Positions 57,926 through 64,000 of a DNA stretch of 64,000 bases are shown piece by piece. The DNA is taken from IMG/VR virus record IMGVR_UViG_3300009161_006153, positions 1 through 64,000 of that record; one strand, 5' to 3'. The notes below the pieces were generated by a model that was given only the letters and a program-made list of their open reading frames with translations, made no database searches and was not told where the DNA came from. A program made the translations under genes and the position numbers. This DNA is from a virus. The first letter of the stretch is position 1. Each line of letters opens with the position of its first letter.

Positions 57926-58524
57926 TGAGCTATAAATCACTAGTAGAATCTTATAAGAATGAGTTTAAAAGCCAAGCTGATCTGGTTAAATCCACGGATA
58001 AAACATTCATGGACAAATATTCTAATGGGGATTCAGGATTTAGACCACCTTTCATTACTGGAACAATTTATTACTTTAAATACAATACTACAACAGAAAT
58101 ATCTAAGGATCGTAGTTTTATTAACAGGAATCCCCTTTTACTTTGCACAGATTATATGAGAGGAAGTAATGGAACTATAGTAATTGGGATAGATCTTATT
58201 ACCGTGCCACCTTTTGAGAGAATAGAGATAATTTCTAGGGTTTATGATACCTTTAATAATACTATAGAATCTAACGAGAGCTCTTTAAATAAAGGGGGAA
58301 AGCAAACCCCTATCCAGTTTAGAAATGGTGTACTGGAGAGGTTGATGCGGGGGACTGGATATTCTAAATCCTTATTCGGATTTAAACTTGATTTTATAGA
58401 TTCTGTTGTTGAGATAAAACTAGAGGATTGGTCTAAAATACCTTATTTAAGATCATCCTCCATAGAAGGGAAGAGCGTAGAAGAAATATATAAAGAATAT
58501 AAAGTGAAATTAAAAGGCACATAG
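57925..58524 (+). CDS. DNA end protector protein (T4 gp2-like)
   Basis: G.IY.FKY, PL, IGI.L...PP..R, W; adjacent to gp4 as in T4-like phages. Confidence 0.5.
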   Translation: MSYKSLVESYKNEFKSQADLVKSTDKTFMDKYSNGDSGFRPPFITGTIYYFKYNTTTEISKDRSFINRNPLLLCTDYMRGSNGTIVIGIDLITVPPFERIEIISRVYDTFNNTIESNESSLNKGGKQTPIQFRNGVLERLMRGTGYSKSLFGFKLDFIDSVVEIKLEDWSKIPYLRSSSIEGKSVEEIYKEYKVKLKGT

Positions 58525-58542
58525 TGACTAAAAACATTTAAA

Positions 58543-60138
58543 ATGGCAGGTTTTAACGATAGCACACCACAAGGATCTCCTGTAGTACAGAGGATAAGGG
58601 ACTCCCTTAAAAGAATTAGTACTTTTGGAATGAAATATGACGATATGGTCATAAGAAATTCGCAGGCTGTTGGTGTAACGGAGGCTGCTTTTCTAAACAA
58701 AAATAAATCCAATGTAGAGGACGAGGCTATGCTTTGGACTCTTGCCAAGCAGGATATTGCAACAAAGCAATTTATCTCTTACTTTGATAAGGATTATAAG
58801 GGTAAACGTGATTATCTCAGAAAATTTTCACTTAATCCCGAAATAGAATGGGTTCTTGATACCTTATGTGACGAATCAGTTTCATACGATCCATCTAATT
58901 TCTTTGCATACCCTGATTTTTTAGACCTAACAGATATCAACGAAAAAATAAGGGATGAGATAAATGACACGTACAAGAGGATTTATGATATCTGGGGATT
59001 CACAGATGATATTACGGCTTGGCAATATTTTAGACAATTTCTTGTTGACGGATTTCTTTGCTTTGAAATAATTTACAATAATATTGGTGATGAAATTATA
59101 GGGTTCAAAGAGCTTGACCCCGTAACTATTATACCGTCAGTAGAAAAACAAGCAGATGGGTCTTTTCTTAGCACATGGATGCAATATCCTCAAGATCCTA
59201 GGAGAAGAAGAGTTCTATATGATCCCCAGATTATCTACATATCTTATGCAAAGGGTAACTCTGTTTCCCGTGTAAGTTATGTTGAAAGACTGATTAGACC
59301 TTATAATATACTTAGAATCATAGAATACACGAGAGTGATCTGGTCTGTTATGAATGCATCTTTTAAAATGAAGATGACCGTTCCGATAGGAACTAAATCA
59401 CAACAGAAGGGAATGCAAACTCTAGGTGAACTGATGAGTATCTATAAAGAGGATATCCAGATGAACGATGACACCGGTGAATTGCTAGTTGATGGTAGAC
59501 CCAAAATACAGTTCTATAAAAATTATTTAATGCCTTCAGGAGTAAACGGTACTCCACAGATAGAACCACTTACTATGGATGGTCCAAATTTGAACGATAC
59601 AACTCCATTGAACTATTTCTTTGATAAATTCGTTCAAGAATCTAAAGTCCCAGCTTCTAGATTTCACGGACCTGACGGGGGAAATACATCAACTTACACT
59701 AATGCTGGGGACGGGTTAGATAAGGAGGAGATAAGATTTCAAAAATTTATTTCTAGGCTTAGATCTATATTTCAAGAGGTAATGACAAAGCCTCTTTGGA
59801 TACAAATGATAAAAAAACATCCGAGCTTAGAAAAAGATTTCATGTTTAAAAGTCAGCTTGGTCTAAAATACTTTTCAGATAATCCATTTAAACTTAATCA
59901 AGAAATGGACATCATTAATAACAGGAAAGAATCACTTACCTCTATGATTTCACTAACTGGTGATGAGGATAAGCCTTATTTTTCAGTTCCTTTTCTTGTT
60001 GAAAACTTCTTAGGAATATCTCGACAGGATTTAACAGCAAATGCAGAAGCTATTAAAAGAAAGAAGAAAGAGAAAGAAAAGGAAGAGAAGAAAGGAAAGG
60101 GTAAGGATAAAAAAGACGAAGGTGAAATAACTTTATAA
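58543..60138 (+). CDS. gp20: Portal protein A (T4 gp20-like)
   Basis: PEIE..LD...DE, FRQFLVDG, ELDP, SYVE, Y..P, S.VP.SR, EEIRFQKFI.RLR..F. Confidence 0.88.
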   Translation: MAGFNDSTPQGSPVVQRIRDSLKRISTFGMKYDDMVIRNSQAVGVTEAAFLNKNKSNVEDEAMLWTLAKQDIATKQFISYFDKDYKGKRDYLRKFSLNPEIEWVLDTLCDESVSYDPSNFFAYPDFLDLTDINEKIRDEINDTYKRIYDIWGFTDDITAWQYFRQFLVDGFLCFEIIYNNIGDEIIGFKELDPVTIIPSVEKQADGSFLSTWMQYPQDPRRRRVLYDPQIIYISYAKGNSVSRVSYVERLIRPYNILRIIEYTRVIWSVMNASFKMKMTVPIGTKSQQKGMQTLGELMSIYKEDIQMNDDTGELLVDGRPKIQFYKNYLMPSGVNGTPQIEPLTMDGPNLNDTTPLNYFFDKFVQESKVPASRFHGPDGGNTSTYTNAGDGLDKEEIRFQKFISRLRSIFQEVMTKPLWIQMIKKHPSLEKDFMFKSQLGLKYFSDNPFKLNQEMDIINNRKESLTSMISLTGDEDKPYFSVPFLVENFLGISRQDLTANAEAIKRKKKEKEKEEKKGKGKDKKDEGEITL

Positions 60139-60142
60139 AAAA

Positions 60143-61792
60143 ATGGCAGGATTTTTAGATGGGTTTAAACCCAATCAATCAGCGTTAGGTAACATCTTAA
60201 GAAGTTTGGGAAAAATCTCAAAGTTTGGGATGGAGTATGATGACATGGTTGTAAGAAACTCCCAAGCCATTGGAAAAAGCGAATCCCAATTTTTCAACCA
60301 GCAGGGAACTGGGTTTACTGAAAATGATGCTTTTTATTGGACCCTTTCCTATCAGGACACGAGAGTAAGAAAATACATTGCATACTTCGACAAAGATTAT
60401 ATTGAGAAAAGGAATTACCTCAGAAAATTTTCATTGAACGGAGAGATTGAATTTATACTTGACACAATAACTGACGAGTGTGTATCGTATAGTGATCGTA
60501 ATTTTTTTGCTACACCCTCTTTTGTAAATATAGGGGACATGAAGGATAAAGTGAAAGAAAAAATTACTGAACATTATAATAGAATTTATAACGTTTTTGG
60601 ATTTCAAAATACTATTCTAGCTTGGCAAGTATTTAAGCAATTCTTAATAGACGGCTTTCTTTCTTACGAGATAATTTATGACAGCAAGGGAAAGGAAATA
60701 ATAGGTTTCAAGGAATTAGATCCAACATCACTTCAACCAGCTGTAGAGAAGATAAGTGAAACTGAATATAAGCAATTCTGGATTCAGTATCCTAAAAACC
60801 CACAAATGACAAGAAGACTCACTAATGAGCAGGTCATTTATATTTCGTATGCAAAAGGAAATGCTGTTTCAAGGGTTAGCTATGTCGAAAGATTAATAAG
60901 GTCTTATAACATACTTAGGATAATGGAAAATTCTAGGGTTATCTGGAATGTTATGAATGCTTCTTTTAGATTAAAATTTATTATCCCTACAGGAACACAA
61001 TCACCACAAAAAGCTCTTCAAACTCTTGGTCAGATAATGTCTAACTACAAAGAGGAGTATTCTATTAATGATACATCTGGCGAATTAACTATAAACGGAA
61101 GGCCAAAAATACAGTTCTATAAAAATTATTTATTTCCTGAGCAAAACGGGCAAAGCCCAGAGGTATCTACCTTAAATCCAAGTGGTCCTGATTTTAATGT
61201 CATGGATAACGTTCTGTATTTTTTTAATAAGCTCAAAATGGATTCAAAAATACCTTATGCGAGGTTTGCATCTAGAGGAGCAACGCCAATTAATTCTCAG
61301 ATTAGTATAGATGCATTGGAAAGAGACGAGATTAGATTTGAGAAGTTTTTAAGAAGACTTAGATCTATTTTTCAGGAGATATTAGTTAAGCCTCTCTATA
61401 TCCAAATGTGTCTCGAATTCCCTGAATTATCAAAGGATAGAGCTTTTAAAACTAATCTTGGACTTGATTTTTATAGGGAGAGCGAATTTGAAGAACTCGT
61501 TCAACTTTCAAATTATAAAAAGAGAGCAGACTTTGTTACTGGACTAGGCGAATATAAAATGAAAATAGGTGAAGAAGAGGTACCATATTTTGACAAGGAT
61601 TTCTTGGTTCAAAGGTTTATGCAATTAAGTCCGGACCAATTCAAACAAAATGCAGATTACAAAAAGAAAGAATCTGCAGAGGCGGAAAAAGCATCTAAAG
61701 AAAAAGAAGGTGGTGAAGAAGGTGGAGCGGAGGGAGCAGAGGGAGCAGCGGGAGCAGCTGAGGGGGAAAAAGAAGGCGGAGTAACACTATAA
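60143..61792 (+). CDS. gp20: Portal protein B (T4 gp20-like paralogue)
   Basis: Same motifs incl. RDEIRFEKFLRRLRSIF; clear paralogue of portal A. Confidence 0.88.
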   Translation: MAGFLDGFKPNQSALGNILRSLGKISKFGMEYDDMVVRNSQAIGKSESQFFNQQGTGFTENDAFYWTLSYQDTRVRKYIAYFDKDYIEKRNYLRKFSLNGEIEFILDTITDECVSYSDRNFFATPSFVNIGDMKDKVKEKITEHYNRIYNVFGFQNTILAWQVFKQFLIDGFLSYEIIYDSKGKEIIGFKELDPTSLQPAVEKISETEYKQFWIQYPKNPQMTRRLTNEQVIYISYAKGNAVSRVSYVERLIRSYNILRIMENSRVIWNVMNASFRLKFIIPTGTQSPQKALQTLGQIMSNYKEEYSINDTSGELTINGRPKIQFYKNYLFPEQNGQSPEVSTLNPSGPDFNVMDNVLYFFNKLKMDSKIPYARFASRGATPINSQISIDALERDEIRFEKFLRRLRSIFQEILVKPLYIQMCLEFPELSKDRAFKTNLGLDFYRESEFEELVQLSNYKKRADFVTGLGEYKMKIGEEEVPYFDKDFLVQRFMQLSPDQFKQNADYKKKESAEAEKASKEKEGGEEGGAEGAEGAAGAAEGEKEGGVTL

Positions 61793-61853
61793 TTCCAAAA
61801 ACCTAAATCATTTATAACCAAGAGGAAAGTATATTTCTCCAAAATTTTTAAAA

Positions 61854-62861
61854 GTGGAAAAGAAAGTAAAGGATCTTTTAGCTGAAAGAAACCATTTTTC
61901 AGATATCAGAATTCTAGTTATTGGAGATGTTATGTTGGATCATTATCTCTACGGTAATGTTGAAAGGATTTCCCCGGAGGCTCCTGTACCTGTAGTTGTA
62001 AAATCCGATGAAAAGTTTTTCTTAGGTGGTGCGGGTAATGTTTTCTCTAATATTATTTCTTTAGGCGGAAAATGTGATTTGATATCTGCTCTAGGTGAAG
62101 ATCAGAATTCTAGTTATATTAAAGATCTCGTGGTAAAGCATAGCTCTGGTAGTTTTTTATTCCTAGACTCATCAAGAATAACTACTGTAAAACAAAGGGT
62201 GATGTCGGGTCACCACCAGTTATTAAGAGTAGACTCTGAAACGACCCTCGATATAGATGGGTCGGTACAATCAAACATAATTCAGAAGGTAAAAGAAATA
62301 GCTAAAAAATATGACTGCATAATATTGTCTGATTATAACAAAGGAGTTTTAACCCCAGAAGTTATAAGGACTGTAATAATGGAATGCAGAGAATTAAATA
62401 TACCTGTTATAGCAGACCCGAAGATTAAATATCTTGATTTTTATTCAGGATGTACTATCATAAAACCTAATTTTAAAGAATTTTTAAATCTGTGTGAAAC
62501 CACTATCTCTCCTGACGATTTAGATTCGATAAGATCTTATGCAATAAAAATAAAAGATAGGTTCAGACTGGAAGCGGTTGTTATAACACTTTCTGATAGG
62601 GGAATATTTTATCTAGACCAGAATGAAAATTTCATGGGAGAAGCTTTTAAAATACCAGTCTCGGATGTTTCTGGCGCTGGTGATACTGTCCTTGCAGTGC
62701 TTGCACTTTGCTATTCTATAGGATTAGAAAAATCTTTTACTGTGGATCTGTGTAACATCGCCGGGTCTATTGCTTGTCAAAGAGTAGGATCAGCTTGTGT
62801 TACCCTGGATGATCTCAATTCACATCCTCATCTGAGAGAGAAATATTCATTCAAAAAATAA
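61854..62861 (+). CDS. hldE: D-glycero-beta-D-manno-heptose-7-phosphate kinase (HldE/RfaE kinase domain)
   Basis: GDVMLD.Y..G...RISPEAPVPV, GGAGNV, SDYNKG, DPK, PN..E, DVSGAGDT. Confidence 0.92.
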   Translation: MEKKVKDLLAERNHFSDIRILVIGDVMLDHYLYGNVERISPEAPVPVVVKSDEKFFLGGAGNVFSNIISLGGKCDLISALGEDQNSSYIKDLVVKHSSGSFLFLDSSRITTVKQRVMSGHHQLLRVDSETTLDIDGSVQSNIIQKVKEIAKKYDCIILSDYNKGVLTPEVIRTVIMECRELNIPVIADPKIKYLDFYSGCTIIKPNFKEFLNLCETTISPDDLDSIRSYAIKIKDRFRLEAVVITLSDRGIFYLDQNENFMGEAFKIPVSDVSGAGDTVLAVLALCYSIGLEKSFTVDLCNIAGSIACQRVGSACVTLDDLNSHPHLREKYSFKK

Positions 62862-62900
62862 TCTTTTCGAGATTAATTTTATTTCCATCCGTTTTCCTAG

Positions 62901-62929
62901 GATATTTTTTTTAATTTTAGTTCTATAAT
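62901..62929 (+). promoter_or_regulatory. Class-II promoter variant GATAT-N18-TATAAT
   Basis: 7 nt before ATG 62937. Confidence 0.45.
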
Positions 62930-62936
62930 TATTTTT

Positions 62937-64000
62937 ATGCTATCAGAATTAAAATTTCTCAGAACTCTTGAATCTTTAACTGGCGAAGGATCGCAGAAAA
63001 AGAAATCTTCAATGCTTAAGGATTGTCTAAATCATAGATTAGAATACATCCTTGATATTTGTTTTAATCCCTTTGTAACAACTAAATTACATAAGATTTC
63101 TATTCCAGGAACAAGCACCGATTATACAGGTGATATCTGGGAGGATTTTAAACAACTATTAGAGGAATTAAAAAAAGCTCCAGCTGCAACATTATTATTG
63201 AGGGAAAGGGCAGAGAGATTGCTCTCTGTAAAACTAACTGATAACCCTGAGGAAGATCTGGAGTTAAGAAAAACTCTTATGAAGATTCTAACTAAAAGAA
63301 TGAATATAGGGATCGGGGCTAAAATTATAAACAAAGCTATCGGGAGAGAGCTGATCCCAGACCCATCTTTAATGCTTGCTACTGATGATCCGGATACCCT
63401 TAATTTGTGGAGTGAAATATTCTGTGAAGAGAAATACGATGGCGTGAGAGTGATAGCTCTTTACAAAAACGGGGAGATCTCTTATTTTACTAGAGCTTTT
63501 AATGAATTAGATTCATCATGCTTCCCTAAAATAAGCTTTGATCTTAAAACTTGTATGATAAATAGCGGACTTAAGGGTGATTGGTTTTTTGATGGCGAAC
63601 TTACTGATCTAAACCGAAAATCTGTTAGTGGTAAGGTTACCCAGATTCTTAAAGGAACAGTTGATGAAAAAATAGAATCTGGAATAATTTTTAATGTTTT
63701 CGATTTAGAGGAAGCTGAAACACTTAATAACAAAATAGGGTTAATTAAATATCTGGATAGAAGACAAAATTTAGAATCTGTTTGCAGATATCTCCCAGGA
63801 GGATCCCCCGTCCAAATAGCTAGAATGTGGCAGCTTGATGAACCCTCACAGATAACTCCAATTTACAAGAATATAGTAAATCTAGGCGGTGAAGGTGTTA
63901 TATGCAAAAACAACTCCCCGTATGAGTGTAAAAGATCTAAATCATGGGTTAAATTTAAAGAGGTGTCTGAGTGTGATCTTGTTATTACCGGATGGTTTCC
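62937..64000 (+). CDS. ATP-dependent DNA ligase (3'-truncated by window edge; absent from ORF track)
   Basis: Translated from ATG 62937: MLA, EEKYDGVR (motif I), FFDGEL, FNVFD, GEGVICK, KRSKSWVKFK. Confidence 0.92.
   Translation, partial: MLSELKFLRTLESLTGEGSQKKKSSMLKDCLNHRLEYILDICFNPFVTTKLHKISIPGTSTDYTGDIWEDFKQLLEELKKAPAATLLLRERAERLLSVKLTDNPEEDLELRKTLMKILTKRMNIGIGAKIINKAIGRELIPDPSLMLATDDPDTLNLWSEIFCEEKYDGVRVIALYKNGEISYFTRAFNELDSSCFPKISFDLKTCMINSGLKGDWFFDGELTDLNRKSVSGKVTQILKGTVDEKIESGIIFNVFDLEEAETLNNKIGLIKYLDRRQNLESVCRYLPGGSPVQIARMWQLDEPSQITPIYKNIVNLGGEGVICKNNSPYECKRSKSWVKFKEVSECDLVITGWF

Noticed and set aside
20024-58159. Short alternative-frame plus-strand ORFs (20024, 27579, 27760, 49458, 51481, 57959)
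   Set aside because: Nested in or largely overlapping longer motif-bearing genes, with no independent evidence.
344-63733. All minus-strand ORFs in the track (e.g. 8772..9161, 17775..18161, 18345..18851, 52051..52341, 56800..57030, 63122..63334, 63482..63733)
   Set aside because: Antisense shadows of well-supported plus-strand genes, with low-complexity S/F/L/I composition and no motifs.
1-64000. Stop-codon reassignment as in some jumbo phages
   Set aside because: Core genes are full-length under the standard code, and TAA, TAG and TGA all end genes at sensible positions.

Overview
A 64-kb, AT-rich segment of a large T4-like (myovirus, probably jumbo) bacteriophage genome. It is densely coding, all supported genes lie on the + strand, and the standard genetic code fits. 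1-17 kb is a ~21-gene glycan biosynthesis/modification locus: GT4/GT2/GT6/GT7/fucosyltransferase-like enzymes, methyltransferases, a sugar dehydrogenase, Gmd/Fcl, HldD-like epimerase and NadE. 17-21 kb holds probable internal head proteins. 21-27 kb is recombination/replication (UvsX, gp41 helicase, gp47/gp46). 27-32 kb has tail/fibre genes. 32-36 kb is a GT9-like + sulfotransferase + FkbM + APS kinase + HxGH nucleotidyltransferase + DUF2061 cassette. 36-49 kb covers neck, terminase, sheath, two tubes, chaperone and tape-measure-like genes. 49-64 kb has dCMP deaminase, an ECF-like sigma, a nuclease, membrane proteins, a scaffold-like protein, a gp55-like sigma, gp4, gp2, two tandem portals, HldE kinase and a truncated DNA ligase. 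Main highlights: (i) a candidate phage-encoded pathway for sulfated/fucosylated/methylated glycans, with GxT[GA]-rich virion proteins as possible acceptors; (ii) three candidate recoding sites; (iii) two promoter classes readable from the DNA that match the two phage sigma factors; (iv) tandem duplication of portal, tail tube and other virion genes. All protein calls come from motif recognition by eye; no database searches were run.
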